Part shown: positions 1-13,706 of the stretch, piece by piece
How the letters are laid out: each line of letters begins with the position of its first letter
Numbering within the stretch: the stretch's first letter is position 1
From: Paraspadella gotoi
Lineage: Eukaryota; Animalia; Chaetognatha
DNA length: 64,000 nt
NCBI GenBank assembly: GCA_051294375.1
Contig: JBJCIZ010000239.1
Span: forward strand, 863,721-927,720
Direction of reading: 5' to 3'
The notes under the pieces: generated by a model
What the model saw: the letters and a program-made list of their open reading frames with translations, nothing else
Database searches by the model: none
What the model was told of the DNA's origin: nothing
Program-made: the position numbers and the translations under genes

Positions 1-1896
1 GTAAAATTTTTGAAGAAAAATAAATATAAAAGCTATCTCTCTCTCTCTCTCTCTCTCGGTTCTTTGGTATTCTCAAATGTTTTCTACCGTTAACTTATTC
101 TTCGGACTTATCGGTTCTCAACCTACTGTACACTCTAAAATACGGATTAGACTATTCTAATTCTCATCTCTCATCCCACCTACAAAAACCATAAAATGAA
201 CCGGTAGATTTCCAGTGTCAAAGTTCTGTAACGAAATGGGGGTTGGCTCGTGATCTCTGGCACTGTTTGTTTAGTGACACGTATCGTATATGTATATGGT
301 GTCGGTGAGTGCGTATCGGTGGTTGGACTTCTCAGGCGAGTAGAGTGCAGTATGCGCGAGGAGGTTTCGATGTGAAGTCCACGACACGGGACTCCGCGCA
401 AGACAGTCGTGTGAAGGCGGGAATGCGGGCGTGGGTCGAGCCACGGCATTGAACCTGGAGCAGAGCGCAGGGGCTCGAGTCATCAGTGAGCAGCATTGTA
501 CGCAGCGCGAGCGAGGAGACAGGACCGCCGAGCACCGTCCGCGCCTCAGAAACAAGCAAGAGTGGACGAGAGACCGGAAATGGCGGATCTACGGATGGTT
601 CAGCCAGCACTCTCCTCGTTTGCTGGGAGTTTGAGGGGTAGCGAGACTGCGCACGTACGAGGAATTCTATATGATGTGAAGAGAGCTTTGATAGATGGAG
701 CGAGCGAGGAGATCCATGGTGAGGTGTCTACGCAGCACAAAACAAGGGGAAGACGGGGATAGGGCTGAGACCGATCCGAAGAGAACGAAGGGTGACGGAG
801 TCAAGGAAGGGAGAACGGCAATCGAGGAGGAGAAGAGAGCACGCACGAGATGGGCGTAGAGAGCACATCTGTTTCCTTATCGTGCAATTTTACGCGCTTT
901 GAGCACAAAATATAATTATTATTCACTCGTAGTAGATGCGCTTAAAAGTAATCATCCTGGATATCGCTCACTCTTGTTTGCGCTCTTATGTCTGCATCTA
1001 TGTCAGTTCACTTGAGAGAGGAAATATAGCTTAATATAGCGCCAACTCCGCCGCGTGCTGTTTCGACGTACTGGTTCTTAAGTCGAGAGTCGAAAGCAGT
1101 GAGTTTAGCGGTTGCTACGAGTGTCTTGAGTAGCAGAGACGTGCGCGTCACCGTCGGCTATATATGACGATAATCTCTTGAAACAGTTTTATGCCTAATG
1201 CTGGTAAAAAATTTCGAAAAACGCCCGAGGGCCCCACGCCACCCTCCACTTCGCGTCGCTAAGGTGACCGTCACACAAATATTTATCGAGGTGACCCGTG
1301 GTGAATGATTCAGGGTTGGAAGTGAGTTAAAGGATTGTGAAAGATTGGGTTGAAGATGTGAATGAACGAAAATAACGGTGACTCGTGTGAAAGGAAATTA
1401 AGAAATGTGATTAAAACTAAGAAAGAGTTGATTCACATGTAGCAGTACCAATATAAGTACGGCTACTTAAAAGAAAATACGAAAATAGTTGAATTAAGTT
1501 TAATTTTGTGATTCATATATTTAAAAATTCAATCATTGAAAAGTGATTCATTGACAAAAAATTATCTTTTAGCGGACCCATAATTTTTTAATTAACCGTT
1601 GAAAAAAAATATTCTGGCGGTAATTCTACTAAATTAGCTTAGAAAGAAAAAAAAAGAAAATAAATTTAAGCGGTTGGACAGTAACAAGCGGTTTTAACAG
1701 TCTAGATTTTAATTTACGATTTTGGTAATAAAAATTAATAGAAACTGACCCGAAGAACAGAAAAAAAAAACAAACAAACAACGAGAACGTGCTAATTAGT
1801 AAAGAGAGAATAAAAGCTTAGCAGCCAAGAATACTGTTGATAATTGAACAAGAAACAAGCTTTGATTGTAAGGAAAAAGTGAGAGAGAGAGAGACG

Positions 1897-1936
<40 letters not shown>

Positions 1937-4900
1937 GAGAGAGAGAGAGAAGAGAGAGAGTAGAGAAGAGAGGAGAAAAAGTTAGAGAAGAAGAGAGAGA
2001 GAGAGAGAAGATATAAGAGAAAGAAATGAAGAATAGGAAGAGAGCAAAGAGAAGAGAGAGAAATGAAAAAAGAAGAACGATAGAGAGGAGGAGAAAGAAA
2101 GAAAGAGAGAGAGACTAAAGATTTCTAGTCCCTCGCGCCACCTTTCACGGCTCGATATCTCGCCCCGATCGATCGACGCCCATGACGACGAGTCGAACAT
2201 CGTGCGGCGACACAGCGCGAAGCCATTAGGCCACGCACTTCCGATAGACATGCCGTCGGAGAAGCAACGCCGAATGCCGGCGTTGATAGCAGCCTCCGCG
2301 CCCTCGGCTTCGTGGCCAGGTGACGATTTTCGGCGGCGAAAAGACGAGAAACTGATGACGGCGTTCGCGGCGACAAGCAGGCGCCTGCTAGCGTCAAACA
2401 ACGGCGCTGCTGCGGCTGACGCCGCGTCAGACGCCGGCCTAGGATAAGTACCAGCCATTTGCGGCGTCAGCGACGGAGGCGGCGCGGCGGCGCAGTTCTC
2501 CGTCGGCTAAGGGTAAGGTTAGAATGAGGCGGCGTCGTGGGTAAGTACGAAGAACCTGCGGCGTTAGCGAAGGAGGCCAGGCGGCGATGGCGTTGCAATC
2601 CGCGACGCGGCGAATCGGCGAAGACGGGGTTGATGATTGGGGACGCGTGATTGGAGGAGTGATGCGCGCATCATGGATGGGTGTCCTATTGATGGACTTG
2701 AGATTGGCCGGCCGTCCCGTTGATGCTAAAACGGGGGGAAAGTGATGTTGTGAGGAAAGAGGGTGCGGGAAGAAGGGTCGGGATATAGGAAAGGGCGGCA
2801 GTCGGGGGAAACGGCGTCCGTGGCGGCAACGGCATCATAGCGCGGAAGCGGCGCCCGGTGGCGTGGAAAACGAGCAGGTGCGTGTGGGCGGTGCGGCGTC
2901 ACAGAGAAATCAGAGGGAAAAAAGTGAAAAAAACGGAAGGCGGTTAAGGTCCAAGATCTCGTCAGAGGCTTTTCCCCCCAATGTCTTCCTCTCTCTCTCA
3001 CTCTCTCTCTCTCATCTCTCTCTCTCTTCTCATCTCTCTCTTCTCTCTCGTCCCTCTCTCTTCTCTAAGCCTCATTTAAACGTCAAATTTGCATATTCTT
3101 CTCATGTTTATCAAATAAGATTCATTCACTGCAACCTTTAATTTAAAAAAAACAAATGAATCTACTTTTATTTATTTCCATTTTTCCATCGTTCTCGAGT
3201 TCGATTAATCCAATTTTCTTTTTCTTTGTTTTTCCATTTTTTTTTTCTTTCCTTTTTTCTTTTTCCTTTCTTTTTCTTTACTTCGCCCCATTTGCGGCAT
3301 CACTTCCCGGAATTTTTTTCTATTCGATTCTATCGTACATCCTGCTGGCAAAAAAAAAACATTTAGATTCAGGACTTTTAAAAATCACGCCAATAAATTT
3401 TAAAAGCTAATTTTTTAAAGTTATCAGAAAGATTATTATAAGATTCTTTTAATGTTCCTCCTATTTAATGAGTCCTCTTCGAGTCTGATTGTAAAAAATC
3501 TTGATATTAAAACTAATCTTTTTTTTCAATGTTTATTTCTATATGATACTATAAAATAGATTAAAAAATGGAAAAAAAATTAAACTAGACACCCGGGGTA
3601 AAGCATGGTAACTGGACTTACCCTTAAAATCCCTAAATAAATAACTTAGTTATATATACATAATATAATTCAAATTATTACATTAATATAATATTATATA
3701 ATCTAGTTATTATAACATACATTGAAAGACACGTTCCATAATTTTAAATCTTTTATACGGATATTACTATGGGAGATGGTTAAATTAATTGGATCAGAGT
3801 AATGTAGTTAAATTATTTGATAAAGCAACTTCTGATTTTGCACTCTGGTAAAAATAATTGCTGACCATTTTTTATTTATTCCAATACCCAGTAATCCAGC
3901 TTGCTTACTATACTTTATTATTTGCAGCAACTGGCATGGATTGAATTTTAAGAAAGAATTTTAATATGTATTTAAATAGAGGACCGTTTCTTATTATACA
4001 GAATATCTGTTTTATAAAAAAAAGACATAATGTTAATAATCATGAAACTAAAAACAACAAATGCATTACCATTTGGAATATACATGCGGCGGGGTAAAAA
4101 ACATGTATATTGACATGAACAGATTTTTTATGTATAAATTATCATATTGTCTCGAAAAAAAATAAAGTGCCAGACCTGGATGCAGACGTCATAATGAGTT
4201 TAAATGTTCGAACCGTCAATCTCAATTATCAGTACATATCGCTCAACTATGACCCACCAATTATGAACCGTTTAAATTAACAACGGCAAAATAGAGAGAG
4301 ATGAGAGAGAGAGAGAAGAGAGAGAGAGAGTAGATAAGTTAATCACCAGAGCGGCTTGTATGACTAAGTGAATCGCCGGTAAAAATGTTAATGTAAAACA
4401 ATTTTATAGAAGGTAAATCATCTTTGTCAGACGGAAGTAAATTTAAGAATATAATACAGTACAATGCAAAAATGGTGATAGTCATAATCACGAGGAAAAA
4501 TTAAGTAAAGGAAGGAGGAATTTTAATAAAAAAAATTATTATTGAAAAGAAGTGAACATGGTCATTGGGAGAGAGAGAAAGAGAGAGATTAAAGAAAATA
4601 ATACATTTTCTTGTAATGTACAACAAAAGATTTTTGTATAAACTGAGAAAATTAAGCCAAAATTTAACAAAAATTTAAAAGTATTCATTAAAATAAATTG
4701 AAAGAGAAAGAAAAAAATACAAAAAATAATGAAATTTTAAAAATGAAAGGAGTCACACTGGTGAGGATTAGCTACAGTAATTACCTCAAAGTGAAAGGTT
4801 AATTAAGATTCAAATAAGCTGGCCCTCATTGGTTATTTGCAACTCTATCCCTAAAAAAATTAGTTAAATATATTTACAAGACAAACCATATTAAAATAAT

Positions 4901-6729
4901 TTCATATCGAAAACAGGTAAGTGCCTTAAAGACCGTAAAAAACTTCAGTAAAATTCAAATCAAATTATATGTAATCGATATACGTTAATATATATAAATA
5001 TCAAAGCATCTATTTTTACAGGTTTATAATCATTCAAAAAAAGATTGCTCTAAACAGAACGATGACGCCGTAATAGAACTCTTGATAAGCAGACGTGGAA
5101 AAATTAATTTAAAAAAATAGGTGATATTAAATAATTGTTTACTTTTGACAACTGTTCGTAAAAGTGAACCGCTAAAAGCTCTAGTACATAATATCATTTT
5201 CTGCCTTGAATTAAGATCATATAAATTTTCTCTCCGTCATCGCGAATGTTTCTTACATTTTCGTGAAGCCGACTTATCCGATGTACACTGCGGACTCCAA
5301 AAAAAAGAGAGTCACTTTTTCACACTCGAGAAAAAACCTATATTGGATGGCTGAATTTTATAAAGATATAAAAACAAAAAACAAAGCTTTTTGAAGATGA
5401 GCAGAATAAATCGAAAGTCCGATAAAATCAGCAAAGCGTTTGAAAGTCATAGAACGCACAAAGTCGATTGCTACAAAACAAGGCGTCAACTTGACGTCTT
5501 CCCTATTATAAATATGTTTATAATATAAATTTGCTGAAGCAAATATTTAGCGTTAGAATATCTGTAAGGCATCGGTATCAACCATTTTTGACCCCTAAAT
5601 TAAAGAAAATGAAGTAACGGAAACTATAAACACAAGAACGTTATTCCAGTGTTGTAACCACATTACTTTTCTTTTACTTAATATATCTTTTATTCCTATC
5701 AGTTGTATAAAATTTTGGTAAGACAATGCTTATTAAACCTTTCGTTTTTCATTGTGTAGTNNNNNNNNNNNNNNNNNNNNNNNNNGAGAGAGCGAGAGAG
5801 AGTGGGAGACAAACAAAAAAGGGGGAAAAGGGTAAGTTTTTCCGAATAGAAAATAGGGAGGGGAGAGAGAGAGAGAGAGAGAGAGAGAAGAGAGAGAGAG
5901 ATTGTCCTTGTCAATGGTGATAAAAATATTATCTTTTGTTAAGATTACAAAGTCATTTTTTCCTTTTTCTTGTTTATTCTGATAAAAACTTTGGGTGAGG
6001 CTCCGGCGTCGGCCTGTCGGCAAGTGACGTCTCGATATGTGTCGGCTTAGTCGGCGTGCGCGACCGGATCGAACGAGGCACGACCTCACCTTCGCGTCTA
6101 AAGGTGGACCTCACCCAAATATTTATCGAGTGACCTGCTGGTTATGATTTAAGGGGTTGGAAGTGAGTTAAAGGATTGTGAAAGATTGGGTTGAGATGTG
6201 AATGAACGAAAATAAGGTGACTCGCTGTGAAAGGAAATTAAGAAATGTGATTGAAACTAAGAAAGTAGTGATTCACAGTAGCAGTACCATGTATAAGTAG
6301 GCTACTATAAAAGAAAAATACGAAAATGTTGAATTAAGTTTAATTTTGTGATTCATATACTTTAAAATAATTCAATCATTGAAAAGTGATTCATTGACAA
6401 AAAATATCTTTTAGCGGACCCATAATTTTTTAATTAACCGTTGAAAAAAAATATTCTGGCGGACGTAATTACTAAATTAGTCTTAGGAAAGAAAAAAAAA
6501 GAAATAAATTTAGCGGTTGGACAAGTAACAAAGTGGTTTAACAGTTAGATTTTAATTTACGATTTTGTAACTAAAATTATAGAAAACGAAGACAGAAAAA
6601 AAACAACAAAACAAACAACGACAACGCTTAATTAAGTAAAAGAGAGAATAAAAGCTTAGAAGCCAAGATATTTGTAATTTAACAAAGCACAAAACTTGAT
6701 TGTAGGAAAAAACGAGAGAGAGAGAGACG

Positions 6730-6773
<44 letters not shown>

Positions 6774-6911
6774 GAGAGAGAAGAGAGAGAAGAAAGAAGA
6801 AGAGAGAGAGAAAGAAAAAGAAGATGAGAAGAAAGAAAGAGAAGAGAGAGAAAGAAAAAAAAGAGAGAGACATAGAGAGGGGAAAAAGAAAAACAAGGAG
6901 AGACTAAGATT

Positions 6912-7590
6912 TCAGCCCTCAGCGCCACCTTTCACGGCCTCGATATCTTTCGCCCCGATCGATCCGACGCCCATGACGAGAATCGACATCGTGGGCGACA
7001 CAGCGGCGAAGCCATTAGGCCACGCCCACTTCCGATAGACGGCCGTCGGAGAAGCAACGCCGAATGCGGCGTTGATAGCGCCGCCGCGCCTCGGCTTCGT
7101 GCCAGGTGACGATTTTCGGCGGCGAAAGACGAGAAACTGATGACGGCGTTCGCGGCGACAGCGGCGCCTGCTGCGTCAACAACGGCGCTGCTGCGGCGAC
7201 GCCGCCGTCGACGCCGGCCTAGGATAAGTACCAGCCATTTGCGGCGTCAGCGACGGAGGCGGCGGCGGCGGCGCGTTTCTCGTCGGCGAAGGGTAAGGTA
7301 GAAGAGGCGGCGTCGTTGGGTAAGTACGAAGAACCTGCGGCGTTAGCGAGGAGGCAGCGGCGTGGGTTGATCCGGCGACGCGGCGACTCGGCGAAGACGG
7401 GTTGATGATGGGGACCGTGATGGAGCGAGTGATGGGGCATCGATGGAGGGTTCATTGATGGATGAGATGGCGCCGTCCCGTTGAGCTAAAGGGGTAAAGT
7501 GATGTTGTGAGGAAAGAGGGTGCGGGAAGAGGCGTCGGGTATGAAGCGGCGTCTGGCGGGAAACGGCGTCGTGGCGGCAACGGCATCATA
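6912..7590 (-). CDS. Putative Pro-rich orphan protein exon/gene (frameshifted in assembly); second copy ~2125-2840
   Basis: CpG-rich island between GA/CT microsatellites. The minus strand gives MMPLPPRRRFP...SLTPQVLRTYPTTPPLLPYPSPTRNAPPPPPPSLTPQMAGTYPRP...LSPPKIVTWHEAEAR, with an internal SLTPQxxxTYP repeat. The plus strand is also partly open, so strand is uncertain. Confidence 0.4.
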
Positions 7591-8499
7591 GGCGGAAGCG
7601 GCGCCGTGGTTGGAAACGGCGGTCGTGGGGCGTGAGCGGCGTCACAGAAATCAGAGGGAAAAAGTGAAAAAAACGGAGGCGGTTTAAGGTCGCAAGATCT
7701 CGTCGAGGCTTTTCCCCCCAATGTCTTCTCCCCCCTCTCTCTCTCTCTCTCTCTCTCATTCTCTCTCTCTCTCTCTCGCCTCTCTCTCTCTCTCTCTCTC
7801 AAGCCTCTTTAAACGTCAATTTGCATATTTTCTATGTTTACAAAAAGATTCATTCACTGCAACTTTAAAATTTAAAAAAAACAAATGATCTACTTTTATT
7901 TATTTCGTCAAATTTTTTCCATCGTTCTCGAGTTCGATTTAATCCAATTTTCTTTTTCTTTTTTTTTCCATTTTTTTTTCTTTCTTTTTTCTTTTTCTTT
8001 CTTTTTCTTTCTTCGCCCCATTTCGGCATCACTTCCCGGAATTTTTTTCTTATTCGTTCTACGTACAGTCCTGTGCAAAAAAAACTTTATTTCAGACTTT
8101 AAAAATCACCCAATAAATTTGATTTTTTAAAAAAAGTTTTAAAATCCTCTAATGCCAAGCTGAATGTAAAAAATCTTATATTTTTAAAACTAATCTTTTT
8201 TTTATGTTATTTTATGATACTTAAAATAGATTAAAAATGGAAAAAAAATTAAACTAGACACCCGGGGTGAAAGCTGGATAACTGGATTACCCTAAATCCC
8301 TAAATAATAATCTTAGTTATTATAACATAATATAATTTGCAAATTTTCATAATATAATATAATATAATCTTAGTTATTATAACATACATTGAAAGACAGT
8401 TCCATAATTTTAAATCTTTTATACGGATTACTAATGGGAGTTAAATTAATTGATCAAATAATGTAGTTAAATTATTTGATAAAGCAACTTCTGATTTTG

Positions 8500-8922
8500 C
8501 ACTCTGGTAAAATAATTGCTGACATTTTATTTATTTTTCAATACCCAGTAATCCAGCTTGCTTACTATTTTAATTATTTGCTCAGCAATAGCATGATTGA
8601 ATTTTAAGAAAGCAATTTTAATTGTATTTAAATAGGACCGTCTTATTATAAGATATATGTTTATAAAAAAAAGAATAATGTTAATAATATGAACACTAAA
8701 AACAACAAATGCATTACCATTTGAATTATACATGCGGCGGGGTAAAAAAATGATACTTGACATAACAGATTTTTATGTATAAATATCATTGTCTGAAAAA
8801 AAAAATAGGCCAGACCTGGAATGCAGCGGTCATAATGAGTTAATGTTCGAACCGTCATCTCATTATCAGTACATATCGCTCAATATGACCCACCAATTAT
8901 GCAACGTTTAATTAACCACGGC

Positions 8923-8965
<43 letters not shown>

Positions 8966-10150
8966 ATGGTAATCACCAGCGGCTTTATGACTAGTGAATC
9001 GCGGTAAATGTTAATGTAAAACAATTTTTAGGGTAATCATTTTGTCAGAGGAAGTAAATATTAAGAATTAAACAGTAACAATTGCAAAAATTGTGATAGT
9101 CATAATCAGAGGGAAAAAAATTAAGTAAAGAAGGAGGAATTATTATAAAAAAATTATTATTGAAAAGAAGTGAAATGGTCAATTGGAGAGAGAGAGAAAG
9201 AGAGAGATAGAGAGAAAATAATACATTTTTTGTAATGTACAACAAAAGATTTTTGTAAACTGAAATTAAGCATTAACAATTAAGTATTATTAAATAATTG
9301 AAGAGAAAAAAAATACAAAAATAAAGAAATTTTAAAAATGAAAGGAGTCAACTGGTGAAGGATAGCTAAGTAATTACTAAAGTGAAAGGTTAAGAAATAA
9401 GCTGGCCCCTCTTGGTTATTTGCAAACTCTATCCCTAAAAAAATTATTAATATATTTACAAGACAAACCATTTAAAATAATTTTCAATCGAAACTGGTAA
9501 AGTGCCTTAAAGACCGTAAAGAAACTTAGTAAAATCAAATCAATTATATGTAATGATATTAGTAATATTATAAATATCAAAGCATCTATTTTACAGTTTT
9601 ATAATATTAAAAAAAGATGCTCTAACGACGATGACGCACGTTAGAACTCTTTCAGATACCACGCTGGTAAAAATTAATTTAAAAAAATTATGAATATTAA
9701 ATAATGTTTATTTTACACTGTTCGTAAAGTGAACCGCTAAAGCTCGTAGTACATAATCATTTTCTGCCTTGATTAAGATCATATAAATTTTCTCTTCGTC
9801 ATCGCGAAGTGTTTCTTACATTTCGTGAAGCGACTTTCCGATGTACACTGCGACCCAAAAAAAAGAAGACACTTTTTCACATCGAAAAAAACCGTATTGG
9901 ATGGCTGAATTTTATAAAGATATAGAAACAAAAAACAAAGCTTTTTGAAAGATGAAGCGATAAATCTAAGTCCCAATAAAATCAAGCAAAGCGTTTGAAA
10001 GTTATAGAACGACAAAGTCGATTGGTACAAACAAGGGTCAATGACGTTTCCCTATTATAAAATGTTTATAATATGAAATTTGCTGAACAAATTTAGCGTA
10101 GAATATCTGTAAGGATCGGTATCAACCATTTTTGACCTAAATTAAATTAA
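8500..10150 (-). CDS. Possible AT-rich multi-pass membrane protein gene, fragmented (second copy ~3860-5600)
   Basis: Several same-strand hydrophobic ORF pieces (9779-10030, 9280-9471, 8661-8858, 8527-8763) separated by microsatellite spacers. No family motif recognised. Confidence 0.3.
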
Positions 10151-10866
10151 AATAAGTAAGGAAACTATAAACAAGGAACGGTTATTCCAAGGTGTTGTAC
10201 CACATTACTTTTCTTTTTACTTATTATATCTTTTATTCCTTATAGTTGATAAAATTTTTTTGGTAGACATGATGTACTAACCTTTCTTTTTCATTGTTAG
10301 TTTGATAGTAGAAAAAACAAAGTTTTAATGATTTTTTACAATGAATAATAATAAAAATAAATTTGTTATAAAAAATCATTAAACTTTGTTTTTTCTACTA
10401 AGATTTTTTTAAAAACCAAAGGCGGCGCCAGTAGTCGCTTAGATTTGATTTTTAACAAATGAGCAAAAAACTATAGGCAAGTTATAGGCGTTTTTAACGT
10501 AAGTAGGACAGACCAATGGATAGACATACCGACGGTCCGACCAACGACCGACAGACCAAAAAGTGACTTATAGAGTTGCTCCGCTTGTACTCGCGGCACA
10601 ACTAAAAAAAAAACAATCTTTTATCATCAGTCAAAAAAAGAAGTATCATCAACTTAACCTCCAAAAATCATTTTTTCCCAATTCCGTTTTCAGACTCTGT
10701 ATTCTACTGCCTGAACCAATTAATTTTTTTCTTGCACCTATTGATAGCTTTTAAAAAAAGCTATACTTTTCATAAATATTTTTTCAATATTTATAAAGAA
10801 ATAGTAAGGTATTTAAAGCTAACAAGTGTCTTTTTTTTTTTGCGCCGCAGTGTAACATATAACAAA

Positions 10867-13706
10867 ATGACAATCAGTTTGATATTCCTCGTGGTGAGCA
10901 ACCTGCTCGCCGTCACCGACATATTTTCCGACATTCACGCCATCAAAAAATCCTTTTCGTTATCCGTTTGGGTTTACAACATCGTAGGTTACGCGAATCT
11001 CACCGTTCTGATCTTGTACTGCTTCGTCTCCTCGGTTTACGGTTTGAAAACCGTAAACCGACGACGTGAAATATATCCGCGCCTTTTTCGAGACGTCAAA
11101 TGGAAGATATTCACTGTGGCGGCTTTTCTATTCGGAGTCGGCGATCTGCCGCTTTCCATAGATTTATTCTTGGACGAGATTCAGATATCTAATATGGGGC
11201 TCTATTTTCCCAGAGCGCCCCATTTCTGTTTCTTTATCCCGGAATTTACTTATAATATTAAGAATTAACTTGAATATATTTCTAAATTTGTAACTCTATT
11301 CTCTAAATCCACCTGCTCATTGAGTAAAAGCAATCAGCTCATGACCACCAGATAGCGGGTTCAATCACAACCCGGTACCTCCCCTGCGAGAAGCGTGAGG
11401 ACGGCCGTAAATCGCCTTGGGGGAGCGGAAAACTTTCAAGCCTGGTTCCAAGCCCAGGTCCCGTTCCATTACTGCTCAGGGGACACAGAAGGTACGGATA
11501 GCAGTCTTCAGCCCACTGAGCGCCTTATCTACAATTCTAATTAATTCAAACATTAATCACTAACCTAATCCCAAACCTTAACTCCCTACCAAATCCCTTA
11601 ATTTAAGAAATTAACCTAACTTCCGAATTTAAGTTTAAACCGGCCGTTCTTGGAAAATAAGGCCCGAAAATGGAAGACGGCGCCCACGAAGAGAAAGGGA
11701 ACGTGATTTACATACAAACATTGTGTCACGTGGTCTTCGAATCTTTTCCACAGATGTTGTTACAGACGGCGGGGTTTTTCGTCTCGCTGACGAGTGGAAC
11801 GTCCGAGCAATGCTTTTTTCACGTGGGCTACGGTGCGGAGACGGTACCTCAAAAAGTTGGCTTGGTATTTTTCATCGACGTCGAGGGAAATATTACGACT
11901 CGAAACGAGACTTGCGAATGTCGTTCCATCAGACCGCACACGGGAGAATTTTCTTGCTACTGGAAAGTGAAAGAGTACGATATGTTATTATCTATCGTTT
12001 TGTCCTCGGTGAGCCTCGCGAAAATATCAACCGTGGGCAAAATACGAAAGTGGATCGAGAGATCCGTGCGTGATGAGGCGAGAATTAAAACCCTGATGTT
12101 GCAAATAATCGGAACGATTCAGGGTATGTTAGGAACCACGTCGCTTCTTTACTTAGTCTTTACTCATGCCTGGAGATATTCTTATTGGTTTCTCTTCATC
12201 GCGCCAATAATTCTTTTTCGGTTATTTCATTTGAGCGAAGTTATCCAAATATTAAGAATACTCTTCAAAAATAAGGCGCTTACTCACGCCGAAAATCTGA
12301 GGTCAAAATATTGGACGAAAAATGTGGTGCCACTTTTCTCTCTTTTAGTTATGTCATTTTTGATAACATTTCAAAAGCACTTGCATATTAGTGAAGTTAT
12401 TAACTTTGGTAATCGCTCAATGTTGTCTGGACTGGCAGTATTAACATATGATAGATATCCTCGTATTTGGGCGTTCGGCAAGGTAATGTATAGGGAACAT
12501 GTAATAAATTCTAGCACGTTGCCTTGCCTGAAAACTCAGTTTGGAGCTGGTATCGAAAATTGGAATAGATGCTCGGATAACGACATAAACTTGGATGAGA
12601 TGAATATGAACGATATAAAGTCACGTAGAATTCTTTTTAAAGCCGATTATAATTACCGACTTCGTTTGGGAAATTATCTTCTCTTTAATCCATCAAATCA
12701 TTTTTACTTTGCGATGATTAGCGCCGATTTAGCCTTAGGTGCCGCATTTACTTTGTACATTGAGTATACATCTCGTAAAGTGTTTCTGATTAACCTTATC
12801 TTTTACTCGACAACTTTTATAATCGATTTGTCGGTTTTGTTTTTGTCCAATTGGTCGTTAGAAAACGTGCGTTATTATAAAAGGCATTGCAACATTATAT
12901 GGAAAAATCCTTGCGACCTCAAGAGTTTCATAAAAAAGTTTCTTTATTCCGAGACGGCAACTTACAATATGGGAAGAACTATTACTCACATTTTACCGTT
13001 TTTTCTTTATCTTTTCCTTTTACTTATATTTCAAAACGTTTACGTGGCAAAGAAAAATAAATTTTTAACCATTTCGTACTTGGCGCTTGGATTTATTTCC
13101 GGCGCATTTCCGTATTATACATTCATGTTAATTCAAAGCGCTACAAAAAAGTCTAAGATATGGAAGCATATCCAAAATTTCTGTAATACCGATTGGCAGA
13201 AACGCGTCCAGTCTTTCGATGATTTATATCACGAATTATTTTATTACATAATCTTAAAGGATAACTTTTTTTTCATCTTTTGCCTCTCTTTTTTGACGAG
13301 TTTAAACTTTTTTATGACCCCGATAAAATGCCATATCTCCTCGAAAAGTCTTTGCAAGTTCGCATCAATACTCTTCTTGTTTATTTTCTACTTTTCGCTG
13401 TATTTGTTTTTTCAATTCATTTTCAAACCTAAAGAATTTCCCATTTTACTCCAACGGCCGCACAAAAAGGAAATTCAAAGCTCCGAATATAACCCTTTGG
13501 TGAATTACCAGTATTTGACGAATATTAACCAAGGAATGCCAGAGTTGCAAAATTGCCAGTTTTTCAGGGAAACCGTAAGTTCAATAGGCGTGTATCCCAT
13601 CAAGTATTACTTATTGGGATCGGCCATCGATGAAGAGTTCACAGATTTGGGAAATATTCACTCACTGATTTTGGTAATGATTGCTCCATTATGGCTTCTC
13701 TTTTAG
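10867..13706 (+). CDS. XK-related (Xkr/CED-8 family) multi-pass membrane protein; two coding blocks (~10867-11268 and 11670-13706) separated by a SINE-containing intron
   Basis: N-terminal LAVTDIFSD matches the XK D-x-x-[TS]-D TM1 motif; FESFPQMLLQ matches the XK signature FLESxPQLxLQ; LLSIVLSSVSLAK matches the XK SxxxSxxSL helix. The 2037-bp ORF is uninterrupted. The exact splice junction is unresolved. Confidence 0.8.
11311..11533 (+). mobile_element. tRNA-derived SINE-like element (family 1), 5'-truncated, in the XK gene intron
   Basis: Homologous to 25882-26089, 30261-30542 (reverse) and 31178-31383; contains gctcattgagtaaa (A-box-like) and gggttcaatc (B-box-like). Confidence 0.75.

Larger units (their letters stand above)
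1240..10300. repeat. Tandem near-duplicate block: copy A ~1240-5760, copy B ~6085-10300, joined at a 25-N gap (5761-5785)
   Basis: Colinear similarity throughout (e.g. ttcgcgtc..aaggtg..acc..caaatatttatcgag at ~1250 and ~6090; ttttcattg.tagt at ~5750 and ~10290). Differences are mostly 1-bp indels; copy A is the noisier one. Confidence 0.9.

Noticed and set aside
1-1240. Short ORFs in the first 1.2 kb
   Set aside because: The sequence looks like unpolished read-quality DNA leading into the noisy copy A, with no recognisable motif or consistent frame.
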